Under the pieces are notes generated by a model. The model saw only the letters and a program-made list of their open reading frames with translations. It searched no databases and was not told where the DNA came from. This document shows, in pieces, positions 31,933-43,331 of a stretch of DNA of 64,000 nucleotides. A program made the translations under genes and the position numbers. The stretch is from the NCBI GenBank assembly GCA_963815215.1, contig CAWFFU010000003.1, positions 32,001 to 96,000 of the forward strand, in the 5' to 3' direction. Each line of letters starts with the position of its first letter. Within the stretch, counting starts at the first letter, position 1. This DNA is from an uncultured Trueperaceae bacterium. GTDB lineage: Bacteria; Deinococcota; Deinococci; Deinococcales; Trueperaceae.

Positions 31933-33252
31933 TCACACCCGCACCTTCTTCCCGCCGCCCTTACCGCGGGACTTGAACACCATGCGGAACGGCACCTCGG
32001 TGAAGGCGAGGTCCTCGCGGATGCGGTTGCGAAGGTAGTGCTCGTAGGCCCGCGTGAGCAGGCGTTCGCTGTTCACCGAGAAGACGAAGGTGGGGGGCGC
32101 CACCGTGACCTGGCTGGCGTAGAGCAGCTTCAGGGAGCGTCCCTTGAAGTTGGGCGGGGACTGGCGTTGTGTCCACACCTCCAGGAAGGCGTTCATCTCG
32201 CTGGTCCGCACGCGCCGGCGCGCCGTGTCGTACAAGCGGATGACGGTGGCGAGCACCTCGTGCAGGCCGAAATCGGTCACGGCGCTGGTGTAGACGCGCG
32301 GCGCGAAGTCGAGGTGGCTCAGCGCCTGATCGATGTCGCGGCGAAGGGGCTCCAACGCCTCGTCGGTGACCAGGTCCCACTTGTTGATCGCCAGCACCAC
32401 CGGCTTGCCCCAGTCCAGGGCAAGGTTCGCCAGGCGCATCTCGTGGTCGCCGAACTCGAACGGATCGACCACCAGGATGGCGACGTCGGCGCGCCGCAGC
32501 GCGCTCTCGGAGCGCAGGCGGGCGAAGTATTCGACGTCGATCTCGGCCTTGCGGCGGATGCCGGCGGTATCGATCAGCACGAAGGGCCGACCGGCGAAAA
32601 CGAAGCGCACGTCGACGCTGTCGCGGGTGGTACCGGGCTCGTCGGCCACGATCACCCGCTCGCTGCCGATGAGGGCGTTGAGCAGGCTCGATTTGCCGAC
32701 GTTGGGACGCCCGATGATGGCGACCCGCACCGCTTCCTCCTCGGCCTCCTCGACCTCGTTCGGGAGCTGCTCGAGGACCGCGGCGAGTAGCTCGTAGGTG
32801 CCGCGGGCGTGCAGCGCCGAGACCGCCAGCGGGGTTCCGAAGCCGAGCGCGTAGAGCTCGAACAGCTCGGCCGCCTCCTCGTGCCGCGGATCGTCGATCT
32901 TGGTAGCCACCAGCAGCACCGGCTTGCCGAGCCCGCGCAACCAGGAGGCCACCTCGTGGTCGGCGTTGCTGACACCGTATCGGCCGTCGACGCACAGCAG
33001 CACCAGATCGACGTCGGCGATGGCGGTCTCGATACGGCGCTTGACGGGCTGCTCCCAGACGTCGCCCGACCACAGTCCGCCGGTGTCGAGCAGCCGGAAG
33101 ACGCGTCCCTCGTCGGTGACGACGTCACCCTCCTTGACGTCGCGGGTGACGCCGGGTTGATCGGCAACGATGGCCTCGCGCCGGCCCACCAGCCGGTTGA
33201 ACAGGCTGGACTTGCCGACGTTGGGCCGGCCCACGATGGCGACGCTAGCCAA
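31933..33252 (-). CDS. der: Ribosome biogenesis GTPase Der
   Basis: Two GRPNVGKSSL GTPase domains, KH-like tail; TTG start overlapping fmt end. Confidence 0.97.
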   Translation of the reverse strand: MASVAIVGRPNVGKSSLFNRLVGRREAIVADQPGVTRDVKEGDVVTDEGRVFRLLDTGGLWSGDVWEQPVKRRIETAIADVDLVLLCVDGRYGVSNADHEVASWLRGLGKPVLLVATKIDDPRHEEAAELFELYALGFGTPLAVSALHARGTYELLAAVLEQLPNEVEEAEEEAVRVAIIGRPNVGKSSLLNALIGSERVIVADEPGTTRDSVDVRFVFAGRPFVLIDTAGIRRKAEIDVEYFARLRSESALRRADVAILVVDPFEFGDHEMRLANLALDWGKPVVLAINKWDLVTDEALEPLRRDIDQALSHLDFAPRVYTSAVTDFGLHEVLATVIRLYDTARRRVRTSEMNAFLEVWTQRQSPPNFKGRSLKLLYASQVTVAPPTFVFSVNSERLLTRAYEHYLRNRIREDLAFTEVPFRMVFKSRGKGGGKKVRV

Positions 33253-34207
33253 GGTGCACCCCCGGTCGCACCGCGCGCCCGTTGGCCCAGTCGCGCGCCG
33301 GCAGGGCGCGCTTCCCGGCGCTCTGCAGCCGCTCGAGCGCGACTGCGCCTTCGCCGCAGGCGACGCTCAACGCGCCCTGCTCGATCGCCAGCACGGTGCC
33401 CGGTGCCTCGTGGCCGGTGGCGACGTCGGGAGCGGGGCGCAGGACGGGGACCTTGACCGGCTCGCCGTCGAACAGGAAGCTGCTTCCCGGCCAACCCGCG
33501 ACGCCGCGGTGGCGGGCGTAGACGTCGGCGGCGGGGTCGGCCCAGCGGATACGACCGTCCTCCCTCGCCAGCATCGGGGCGTAGCTGGCCTGCGCGTCGT
33601 CCTGGGCATCACACGGCAGGCGCCCGGCCGCCAGCAGATCGAGCGCTTCCAGCAGCGCCCGCGCCCCGAGCTCGGCGAGCGCCTCGAGGAGCTCCGGCGC
33701 GGTGGTGTCGGCGCCGATCGGGACACGCCGCTGCAGGCGGATCGGACCGGTGTCGAGGCCGGCCTCGGTCTGCATGATGGTGATTCCGGTCTCGTGTTCG
33801 CCGCGGATCAGCGCCCATTGCACGGGCGCAGCGCCGCGGTACGCCGGCAGCAGGCTGCCATGCACGTTGAGGAAGCCGTGGCGCGGCAGGCTCAGCAGGG
33901 CTGCCGGCAGGATCTTGCCGTAGGCGGCGGTGACGGCCACGTCGAGCTCGAGGTCACGGAGCCGTTCGGCCACCGCCGCGTTGCCCTTGAGCCGCGCCGG
34001 TTGCAGCAGCGGCACCCCCAGTGCCCGCGCCCGCTCGGCGGTCGGCGGCGACGAGCGCCGCAGGCCGCGGCCGGCGCGCTTGTCAGGTTGCGCGACCACC
34101 AGCTCGAGCCGGTGGCGTTCGGCCAGCGCCTCGAGCGAGGGCAGCGCGAAGCCGGGAGATCCGAACAGCGCCACACGGAGCGCCGCCGGCGAGGGGGCGC
34201 CCGTCAC
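33245..34207 (-). CDS. fmt: Methionyl-tRNA formyltransferase
   Basis: QPDKRAGRG, NVHGSLLPAYRGAAPVQ, LDTGP. Confidence 0.96.
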   Translation of the reverse strand: MTGAPSPAALRVALFGSPGFALPSLEALAERHRLELVVAQPDKRAGRGLRRSSPPTAERARALGVPLLQPARLKGNAAVAERLRDLELDVAVTAAYGKILPAALLSLPRHGFLNVHGSLLPAYRGAAPVQWALIRGEHETGITIMQTEAGLDTGPIRLQRRVPIGADTTAPELLEALAELGARALLEALDLLAAGRLPCDAQDDAQASYAPMLAREDGRIRWADPAADVYARHRGVAGWPGSSFLFDGEPVKVPVLRPAPDVATGHEAPGTVLAIEQGALSVACGEGAVALERLQSAGKRALPARDWANGRAVRPGVHLG

Positions 34208-34869
34208 TGCACCGACACCGGGATCGGCGACGAGCGCAGCTCCTTGAGCAGGGCCTTCGCCTGGCGCTGGATGTCAGCGAGCTCGCCGCGGTGCTCCTCC
34301 AGGAAGGCCCTGCGCTCGTCGTCCTCGAGGCGATCGAAGAACAGCACCCCTTCGAGGTGGTCGTACTCGTGCTGGAGGACGTGGGCGAGGTGCCCGTCGG
34401 CATCGGTCTCGTGCCAGGCGCCGGCGACGTCCTGGTAGCGCACGCGCACGTGGAGGTCGCGCTTCAGCGCCTCGACGTAGATGCCGGGGACGCTCAGGCA
34501 GCCGTCCTGGCCGTGTTGGACGCCCCGGCGCAGGAGGAAGGTGGGATTCACCATCACGTGCTCGGCGACCACGCCCAGCCTGCGGCGCATCTGCTCCGGG
34601 GTCTCGTCGGCGGGGACGTCCTCCTCGGCGTCGTCGTCCACGAGCTCCTGGCCGACCTCGTCCTCCTCGGCCTCGGGCTCGAGCTCCACCGCCACGAACA
34701 ACCGCTTCGGCACCCCGATCTGGGGCGCCGCCAGTCCGACGCCGTGAGCGTCGTACATGGTCTCGATCATGTCGTCGGCAAGGCGGGCCAGGGCATGGTC
34801 GAAGCGCGTCACGGGGAGCGCGCGGCGTCGCAGCACGGGGTCGCCGTAGTAGCGGATCGGGTGGATCAC
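34204..34869 (-). CDS. def: Peptide deformylase
   Basis: GVGLAAPQIG, DGCLS, QHEYDHLEG. Confidence 0.95.
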   Translation of the reverse strand: MIHPIRYYGDPVLRRRALPVTRFDHALARLADDMIETMYDAHGVGLAAPQIGVPKRLFVAVELEPEAEEDEVGQELVDDDAEEDVPADETPEQMRRRLGVVAEHVMVNPTFLLRRGVQHGQDGCLSVPGIYVEALKRDLHVRVRYQDVAGAWHETDADGHLAHVLQHEYDHLEGVLFFDRLEDDERRAFLEEHRGELADIQRQAKALLKELRSSPIPVSVQ

Positions 34870-34897
34870 GGCTTCAGGTCCTCCTGAGGGACTCGAG

Positions 34898-35818
34898 TCA
34901 GGGCGTGCCGGAAGGGCGCGCGTAGCGCAGGACCGCGGTGGGGTTCGACATCGCCGCCACGCCCTCCGGCAGCTCGAGCCGGACAGGCAGAGTATACCGG
35001 CCGGGGTTCACGGTCCCCGTCGGCGGCTGTACCGTCCCCTTGACGCTGTCGAGGCCCGCCAGCACTTCGGGCGGGCCCGCCAGCGTGACGTCGGGCTGGC
35101 TGAGCGTCACCTGCTGCAGGTTGGTGGCGCTGGGCGGGGCCAGATCGATGGGCACGCTCCGGGTGACCAGGGCGCCGCGCGCGCTCACCTGGACGGTGAC
35201 GGTCGACGGCGTGATCTTGACGTTGGCGACGGGAACGCCGGCGTCATCGACGGCGAAGGGGTGCTCCTGTACGCGGCCCTCCTTGGCCGGCGCCACCACC
35301 ATCACGCGGACGACCTTCTGGAGCAGCTGGTCCTGGCCGGTGAGCGTCACCGAGGTGGGATCGGCGCTCACGGACAGGACCTGGTTGTCCGGCGGGCTGC
35401 CGCTCAGGGCCGGCGTGACGGCGATGTCGCGGTTGCCCACGGTCTCCAGGAAGCCGATCACGTCGCTGGGGGCGACGCTGATGAGTTGGATGCCGCGCGG
35501 AGGCTGGGCGTTGATCTGTTGCTGGAACTCGCCGCTGAGGCCGCTGAGGTCGAGGGTTGCCGAGATGCTGTCGGGGCTGAGCCGGTCGACGCGGCTGCTG
35601 GGCCCGGACACGTTGATCTCCACCACTTGCGGCACGCCCACCGTGACCTGGGTCTGCTTGACGCCTTCGACGACGAGCGGAACGAGCAGGCTGCGCTGGG
35701 TCGTGGTGACGGAGCTGGTGGTCACGAACAGCCACATCACGAAGGCCAGCAGCAGCGTGCCGAGCTTCTGCGGCCAGTTGTGGGCGGCGAGGGCGACGAT
35801 GCGCTTGAGCAAGTTCAT
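34898..35818 (-). CDS. cdaR: CdaR/YbbR-like cyclase regulator
   Basis: N-terminal TM then beta-rich YbbR-like repeats; overlaps cdaA stop. Confidence 0.82.
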   Translation of the reverse strand: MNLLKRIVALAAHNWPQKLGTLLLAFVMWLFVTTSSVTTTQRSLLVPLVVEGVKQTQVTVGVPQVVEINVSGPSSRVDRLSPDSISATLDLSGLSGEFQQQINAQPPRGIQLISVAPSDVIGFLETVGNRDIAVTPALSGSPPDNQVLSVSADPTSVTLTGQDQLLQKVVRVMVVAPAKEGRVQEHPFAVDDAGVPVANVKITPSTVTVQVSARGALVTRSVPIDLAPPSATNLQQVTLSQPDVTLAGPPEVLAGLDSVKGTVQPPTGTVNPGRYTLPVRLELPEGVAAMSNPTAVLRYARPSGTP

Positions 35819-36555
35819 TCGGCATAGACCTCGCGTAGGGCCTTGAGGACGTCGGCGGGGGCGATATCGCTGACCAGGTCGCCGCCGCGGGCGATGCTGA
35901 CGGTGCCCCGCTCCTCACTGACCACCACGACCAGCGCGTCCGTGACCTCCGACAGGCCGAGCGCGGCGCGGTGCCGGGTGCCGTGCTTGACGGACCAGCC
36001 CTCATGGCGGTCGGACAACGGGAAGATGGCGCCGGCATGCGTGACGGTGTCCTCGCGGACGATCACGCCGCCGTCGTGGAGCGGGCCCTTGGACGCGAAG
36101 ATGGTCTGCAGCAGCGCGCTGGTGACCGGGGCGCCGATCGTGGTCCCCGACTCGCCGTACTCGCGTAGCGGTGTGCGGCGCTCCACCGCGATCAGGGCGC
36201 CGCGGCGCTGGGTCGCGAGCTCGCGCACCGCGCCCATGATCTCCTGCACCGGACCGCCGTGGCTGGTGCGGGTCAGGCGCCCGCGTCCCACCCGCTCGAG
36301 GGCCGCGCGCAACTCGGGCTGGAACACGACCACGATGGCGATGAAGCCGACCGGCGCGACCCGGTCGAACAGCCATTTGGTGGCCTCCAGCTTGAGCTGG
36401 GCCGCCAGGAACCACAGCGCACCGAGCGCCATCAGCCCCCTCAGGACGTTCCAGGCGCGGGAGCCGATGAGCAGGACGTATCCCTGGTACAACAGAACCG
36501 CGATGATGAGGATGTCTACGACGTCCTGGACGCGGAAGCCGCTGAGTGCAGCCAA
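35815..36555 (-). CDS. cdaA: Diadenylate cyclase
   Basis: Three TM, FQPELR, LHDGG, GTRHRAA, VVSEE. Confidence 0.95.
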   Translation of the reverse strand: MAALSGFRVQDVVDILIIAVLLYQGYVLLIGSRAWNVLRGLMALGALWFLAAQLKLEATKWLFDRVAPVGFIAIVVVFQPELRAALERVGRGRLTRTSHGGPVQEIMGAVRELATQRRGALIAVERRTPLREYGESGTTIGAPVTSALLQTIFASKGPLHDGGVIVREDTVTHAGAIFPLSDRHEGWSVKHGTRHRAALGLSEVTDALVVVVSEERGTVSIARGGDLVSDIAPADVLKALREVYAE

Positions 36556-36838
36556 ACCCTAGCCTCCATCGTTAGGTATGGAACGCCGGCGGCCCTCACG
36601 GGCGCAGACGGCCGCCGCGGAAACGTACGCTGAGCGTGCCCCGGTCGCTCGCAAGCGCGAGCACGCAGGAGACCCGTTCGTTGCGTCGACGATACCACAG
36701 CCGATGACGCGGGCCGTGCCGGACGCGACCGACGGCCGCCCGTGTGCGACGGCACGGAGCCGCTTGCCGGAGCGGCGCAGCGCCGCTCCGGCGGGACCCG
36801 AACGCGGGTGGGGTACACTGCGTCGCTGGAGGCGACAG

Positions 36839-37928
<1,090 letters not shown>

Positions 37929-37993
37929 GCGTCGAGGCTGCGTGAGCACCGGTCCCGGACGCCGGGCCACGGCGCGCTAGGGGTGGCGGGCGC

Positions 37994-38632
37994 GTGAAGC
38001 TCCTGGTGCTGTCGGACACGGTGTCGCCGGTCGTCTACTCGCGCAACTTCCCGCAGAACCTCCCCCCCTTCGATGTGGTGCTCGCCGCCGGCGACCTTCC
38101 CGGGTACCTACTCGAGTTCGTGGCGACCAAGACCACGGTGCGGCCGGTCTACGTGCTGGGGAACCACGGCAACGGCTTCGTCCGCCCGGTGGACGGGAGC
38201 GCCGCTCGTCTGCCGGGCGGTTGTCTGAACGCCCACGCCCAGGTGGTCGAGGTGGGGGGACTGCTGATCGCGGGTATCGAAGGGTGCTTGCGCTACCGGC
38301 CGGGGCAGCAGCAGTACTCGGAGACCGAGATGCGGCTGTTCACGGCTCGTCTGGCGCCGCGCCTGCTCTACAACCGCTGGACCCGGGGCCGGGCGGTGGA
38401 CGTGCTGTTGACGCACGCCCCACCGCAGGGGCCCCACGCCGGCGCCGATTACCCGCACCGCGGAGTGCGGGCGTTCAACCGCTTCCACCGCGCCTGGCGG
38501 CCGCGACTGCACGTCCACGGACACGTACACCTGTCCGGCGCCAACGCCCCCCGCGAGTACGTGACGGAGGAAGGCGTCAGGGTCGTCAACGCCTACGACT
38601 TCGCGTTGATCGACCTGCCCATGCCCGGCTGA
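37994..38632 (+). CDS. Metallophosphoesterase
   Basis: LSD, AGDL, GNH, THAPP, HGHVH. Confidence 0.9.
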   Translation: MKLLVLSDTVSPVVYSRNFPQNLPPFDVVLAAGDLPGYLLEFVATKTTVRPVYVLGNHGNGFVRPVDGSAARLPGGCLNAHAQVVEVGGLLIAGIEGCLRYRPGQQQYSETEMRLFTARLAPRLLYNRWTRGRAVDVLLTHAPPQGPHAGADYPHRGVRAFNRFHRAWRPRLHVHGHVHLSGANAPREYVTEEGVRVVNAYDFALIDLPMPG

Positions 38633-38770
38633 GCGGGCACAGCGCACCGTCCCGGGGATCGCGCCGATGGCGGCCCGCCGCGCCGATGGTTCGGGGGTGC
38701 GTCGACGGTGGCGGGCGCGCCGTCGGCCGGGAGGCGCGTCCGCCGGCCCTCGGCTGCCATAATCGCGGGC

Positions 38771-39817
38771 ATGGACCCGCGAGCGTACTACGCCGGACTC
38801 GGGGCGGCCTTCGACGGGGAGGGCGTCGCGCACTTCGGCGCGCCCGACCTCGAGGCCGCGGCTGCCGTGGCGGGGGACGGCGCTCAACTCGCGCCGCTGC
38901 TCTCCGTCTCCCCGTTGCGCATCACCGGCAGCGACCGGGCGAGCTTCCTACACGGCCAGCTCAGCAACCGCGTCGAGGGGCTGGCGGTGGGCGCATGTAA
39001 CCACACCCTGCAGCTCAACGTACGCGGCCAGGTGATCGGCGAAGGCGTGCTCTGCGCGCGGCGCGACGACCTCTTCCTGGTGGTGGAGGACGGTCGTGGA
39101 GCGACGGTTCGGTCGTCGCTCGAGCAGCACATCGTGTTCGACGACGTGACGGTGCGCGACCTGAGCGGCGAGCTGGCCGCGCTCACCGTGCAGGGGGCGA
39201 CGGCTGCCACGGTGCTGCGCGGCGTGCTCGGCGAGCCTCCGGATCCAGCTACCTTCGCGTGCTACCCCTTCGAGGGGGCCGAGGCGCTGGCCCTCCCCAG
39301 GAGGCGATCGCGCGCCGGCGGCTACGACCTCCACCTGCCGGTACGTTGCCTCCCTGGCCTGGTCGGCGCCTTCCGGGCGGCGGGGGCCGAGCTGGCGGGC
39401 GGGCGGGCCGTGACGTTGGCGCGCGTGCTGGCGGGCGTGCCGAGCGCCGCAGCCGATGGAGGGACCGGCTCGCTCCCGCAGGAGCTCGATCTCGAGGGCG
39501 CGATCTCCTACAGCAAGGGGTGCTACCTGGGGCAGGAGATCATGGCGCGCGTGCAGGGGCGCGGCTCGGTGCGCAAGCGGCTGGCCCGCGTGCTGATCGA
39601 GGGAGCCGACGGCGCCTCGGCGCCGATGGCGGAGCTCGGCGAGCCGATCCTGCGGCTAGGTGGCCGTGACGTGGGCCGGCTCGGTTCGGTGACGCGCACG
39701 CCGGACGGCCGACGGTTGGGCCTGGCCGTGGTCCGGCGCGATCTCCCGGCCGACGCCTCCCTCGAGCTGGGCGCGGCGCGGGTCCGGCTCGTTGTCGGCG
39801 AGGCCTCGTGGGCGTGA
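38771..39817 (+). CDS. ygfZ: Folate-binding YgfZ/GcvT-like protein
   Basis: KGCYLGQE signature. Confidence 0.88.
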   Translation: MDPRAYYAGLGAAFDGEGVAHFGAPDLEAAAAVAGDGAQLAPLLSVSPLRITGSDRASFLHGQLSNRVEGLAVGACNHTLQLNVRGQVIGEGVLCARRDDLFLVVEDGRGATVRSSLEQHIVFDDVTVRDLSGELAALTVQGATAATVLRGVLGEPPDPATFACYPFEGAEALALPRRRSRAGGYDLHLPVRCLPGLVGAFRAAGAELAGGRAVTLARVLAGVPSAAADGGTGSLPQELDLEGAISYSKGCYLGQEIMARVQGRGSVRKRLARVLIEGADGASAPMAELGEPILRLGGRDVGRLGSVTRTPDGRRLGLAVVRRDLPADASLELGAARVRLVVGEASWA

Positions 39818-39884
39818 AGACTACCGGAGCCGGCCGGCGCCGCAACTACAGGGGTGGCGGCCCACGCCGACCTATAATGCCCGC

Positions 39885-41531
39885 ATGAAGGACAAACAGC
39901 GTTGGTTGCGAGAAGACTACGCCGAGGCGGGCGAGCGCTTCCCGGAACGCGATGCGCTCTTCGAAACGCTCTCCGGCATCCCGGTCGAGCCGATCTACAC
40001 GGCCGACGACCTCGCCGCTGTGGACCTCGAAGCGGACCTGGGGTATCCCGGAGCCTACCCCTACACGCGAGGGGTGCAGCCGTCGATGTATCGGGGCAGG
40101 CTCTGGACCATGCGCATGTTCGCGGGTTTCGGCACCGCCGAGCAGACGAACCAGCGCTTCCGCCGTCTGCTCGAGGCAGGGCAGACCGGTCTATCTACCG
40201 CCTTCGATCTGCCGACCCTGATGGGATACGACAGCGATCATCCCATGGCCCGGGGCGAGGTGGGGAAGTGCGGTGTGGCCGTTTCCAGCCTGGCCGACAT
40301 GGAGGCACTGTTCGACGGCATCGATCCGGAGACCATCACCACCTCCATGACCATCAACAGTCCGGCCAACGCCGTCTGGGCGATGTACCTGGCGATGGCC
40401 CGCAAGAAGGGGGCGGACCTGGCGCGGGTCGGGGGCACGATCCAGAACGACATCCTCAAGGAGTTCATCGCTCAGAAGGAGTTCATCTTCCCGCCCGAAC
40501 CGAGCGTGAAGCTGGTCGTCGATACCTTCGAGTGGGGGCCGGTGAACGTGCCCCGCTGGAACTTCATCAGCGTCTCCGGCTATCACATCCGGGAGGCAGG
40601 GTCGACCGCCGTCCAGGAACTGGCATTCACGCTCGCCGACGGCATCCACTACGTCCGCAAGGCGCTGGAACGCGGCCTCGACATCGACGAGTTCGCGCCG
40701 CGGGTGAGCTTCTTCTTCAACGTCCACAACGACTTCTTCGAGGAGATCGCGAAGTTCCGGGCGGCACGGCGCATCTGGGCGCGCCAGATGCGCGAGGTGT
40801 TCGGTGCCAGGCAGCCGCGCTCCTGGATGTTGCGGACGCACGCACAGACCGCCGGCGTCTCGTTGACCGCACAGCAACCCCTCGTCAACGTCGCCCGGGT
40901 CGCGATCCAGGCGCTGGCCGGGGTGTTGGGAGGTACCAACAGCCTGCACACCGACGCCTACGATGAAGCCCTGGCGCTGCCCACGGAGGAGGCGGCCACG
41001 CTGGCGTTGCGCACGCAGCAGGTGGTCGCACACGAGACCGGCGTGGCCAACACCGTCGACCCGCTGGCGGGGTCCTACTACCTGGAGTGGCTGACCGGCG
41101 AGATGGAGCGCCAGACGCTCGCCTATTTCGAACAGATCGACGCCCTCGGAGGCGTCGAGCGGGCGATCGAGGCCGGTTTCTTCGCGCGCGAGATCGGCGA
41201 CGCCAGCTGGCGGCAGCAGCGCGAGATCGATGACCGGCGCCGCTCGATCGTTGGCGTCAACGCCTTCCAACAAGAGAACCCGGAGGTGCCCATCCAACTC
41301 GTCGACGCCGAGGTCTCCAGGGTTCAGGACGAGCGCCTGCACCGCGTTCGTAGCGAGCGCGATCCGGAGCGTGCGGGGGCCGCGTTGGAGCAGTTGCGGC
41401 GGGCCGCGAAGGCGGGGACGAACACCATGCCCGCCTTCCTGGAGTGCGCGCTGGCGTACTGTACGCTGGGTGAGCAGATGGACGTGCTGCGCGAGGTCTA
41501 TGGGGTATACGAGGAACCCGTTCTGATCTGA
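39885..41531 (+). CDS. B12-dependent acyl-CoA mutase large subunit (isobutyryl-CoA mutase-like)
   Basis: [35 protein letters not shown]; no B12 domain; TATAAT-N6-ATG. Confidence 0.92.
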   Translation: MKDKQRWLREDYAEAGERFPERDALFETLSGIPVEPIYTADDLAAVDLEADLGYPGAYPYTRGVQPSMYRGRLWTMRMFAGFGTAEQTNQRFRRLLEAGQTGLSTAFDLPTLMGYDSDHPMARGEVGKCGVAVSSLADMEALFDGIDPETITTSMTINSPANAVWAMYLAMARKKGADLARVGGTIQNDILKEFIAQKEFIFPPEPSVKLVVDTFEWGPVNVPRWNFISVSGYHIREAGSTAVQELAFTLADGIHYVRKALERGLDIDEFAPRVSFFFNVHNDFFEEIAKFRAARRIWARQMREVFGARQPRSWMLRTHAQTAGVSLTAQQPLVNVARVAIQALAGVLGGTNSLHTDAYDEALALPTEEAATLALRTQQVVAHETGVANTVDPLAGSYYLEWLTGEMERQTLAYFEQIDALGGVERAIEAGFFAREIGDASWRQQREIDDRRRSIVGVNAFQQENPEVPIQLVDAEVSRVQDERLHRVRSERDPERAGAALEQLRRAAKAGTNTMPAFLECALAYCTLGEQMDVLREVYGVYEEPVLI

Positions 41532-41587
41532 TCCGCGGCGTCGGATCTGCGTCGTCGGATCCGTTGGCCCCGGCCCGAGGAGAGTGC

Positions 41588-42001
41588 ATGGAACGACCCA
41601 TCCGCGTGTTGATCGCGAAACCCGGCCTCGACGGCCACGATCGTGGTGCCAAGGTCATCGCCCGTGCGCTGCGCGATGCGGGCATGGAAGTCATCTACAC
41701 GGGGCTGAGGCAGACCGGCCCTATGATCGTCAACGCCGCCATCCAGGAGGATGTGGATGCGGTCGGGCTGAGCGTCCTCTCGGGCGCTCACATGCACTAC
41801 TTCAAGGAGGTCGTGGAGGGGCTCGCGGCGCGCGGTGGGGACGACATCCTGGTGTTCGGAGGCGGCATCGTTCCCGACCAGGACCTTGCGATTCTGGAGC
41901 AGATGGGCGTGGGGGCGATCTTCACGCCCGGCGCCAACACCCACGACGTGGTCGAATACCTGCGCAGGCGTGTGCCCGAACGGCGCCCGGCCGAAGTGTG
42001 A
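41588..42001 (+). CDS. Acyl-CoA mutase cobalamin-binding subunit
   Basis: [10 protein letters not shown] (DxHxxG), SVLSGAH, GGII-like. Confidence 0.93.
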   Translation: MERPIRVLIAKPGLDGHDRGAKVIARALRDAGMEVIYTGLRQTGPMIVNAAIQEDVDAVGLSVLSGAHMHYFKEVVEGLAARGGDDILVFGGGIVPDQDLAILEQMGVGAIFTPGANTHDVVEYLRRRVPERRPAEV

Positions 42002-42227
42002 GCCGGCGCTAGGCGGAGGGCGACGTGACCGCCGTCACACGGACCGCCATGTGCCGGCCGTTCGCGCGAAGGTGGCTGTGGGACGCGTCGGACGGGCCCT
42101 CTGTGGCGCCGGCGGCCGCCCGGCAAGGGTTCATGAACATGAAGCATCTCATGACCCTCTTAGGGTGTGACTGTTAGATTTGCTGAAGGGCTGGGTGACC
42201 AGCAAGTCCGATCGAGGGGAACGACCG

Positions 42228-43223
42228 TTGCAGCATCGATTCATTGTATGGGCCACCATGGCTCTCTTCCTGCTTGCGCCCATGGCCGTCGCGGATGGTT
42301 ACGCGCTCCATACCGTTCGCCCGGGCGAGTCCCTCGGGTCGATCGCGTCGGACTACCGCATCTCGGTGGACGCCCTGACGGCGGCGAACGATCTCTCCGG
42401 CTCCGTCATCCACCCGGGTGACACCCTCAAGATCCCCTACGTCGCGGCGATCGGCGGGCCGGTCGAGGCCGGGCCCCGGACGCCTCCCGGCTTCAGCTGG
42501 CACACGCTCAAGCCGGGAGAGACGCTGTCATCGGTGGCGAGTGCCTACGGGCTGTCACTGGAGGCGTTGATCGGCGCCAACCCGACCATCTCGTCGCTCG
42601 ACAGCCTGCCGGCCGGCGTGGATCTACTGATCCCGCCGAGCGAGGGGCTGGTGGTCACGCTGGACGCCGGTGAGTCGCTCGCTGACGTCTTGAAGAAGTA
42701 CCCGGTCGATCCAGCCACCGTTGCCAGGGCGAACCATCTGCGTTCGCCCTTCGACGTGCAGCCCGGCATGATGCTGTTCCTGCCGGGGGTGAAGCCCAGC
42801 CAGGCGCTGGCTCGCCTCAAGAAGGTCCGCGAGGCCGAGCACCGCTTCATCTGGCCCATCCAGGGTCGGATCACCTCGCCCTATGGGCCGCGTCATCTCG
42901 GCATGGGCACCTCGAACTTCCATCGTGGCATCGATATCGCGGCGCCCTGGGGCACGCCGGTCCACGCCTCGCGCTCGGGTGTCGTGGTGTTCGCGGGCTG
43001 GTCGACGGAGGGGTACGGGAACCTGGTCCGCATCCGCCATCCCGATGGCGACGAGACGTGGTACGGGCACTTCAGCAAGATCCTGGTGCACGTGGGCGAG
43101 TACGTGGATCAAGGCGCCGTCATCGGCCGCGAGGGCTCGACCGGCATCTCCACGGGTCCCCACGTCCACTTCGAGGTGCACGTGCACGGCCGGGCCGTCG
43201 ATCCGATGACCGTTCTGCACTGA
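42228..43223 (+). CDS. LysM-repeat M23 peptidoglycan endopeptidase
   Basis: Signal peptide, 3 LysM repeats, HRGID, YGH, GPHVHFE; start TTG after GAGGGG. Confidence 0.92.
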   Translation: MQHRFIVWATMALFLLAPMAVADGYALHTVRPGESLGSIASDYRISVDALTAANDLSGSVIHPGDTLKIPYVAAIGGPVEAGPRTPPGFSWHTLKPGETLSSVASAYGLSLEALIGANPTISSLDSLPAGVDLLIPPSEGLVVTLDAGESLADVLKKYPVDPATVARANHLRSPFDVQPGMMLFLPGVKPSQALARLKKVREAEHRFIWPIQGRITSPYGPRHLGMGTSNFHRGIDIAAPWGTPVHASRSGVVVFAGWSTEGYGNLVRIRHPDGDETWYGHFSKILVHVGEYVDQGAVIGREGSTGISTGPHVHFEVHVHGRAVDPMTVLH

Positions 43224-43259
43224 GCGCAGGTCCTCGGCGGAGGCCCGCCGGTACGAAGT

Positions 43260-43300
43260 CGAAGGAGGCCGGCGCCCCGAGTGGGCGCCGGCCTCCTTCG
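43260..43300. terminator. Bidirectional terminator-like hairpin between convergent genes
   Basis: 18-bp perfect stem CGAAGGAGGCCGGCGCCC-cgagt-GGGCGCCGGCCTCCTTCG. Confidence 0.7.
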
Positions 43301-43331
43301 CGGTATTACGCGGCGTGTCGTCCGGCTCGAG

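Noticed and set aside
42120..42227. c-di-AMP (ydaO) riboswitch before the LysM/M23 gene
   Set aside because: The leader is too short and lacks the conserved ydaO sequence blocks.
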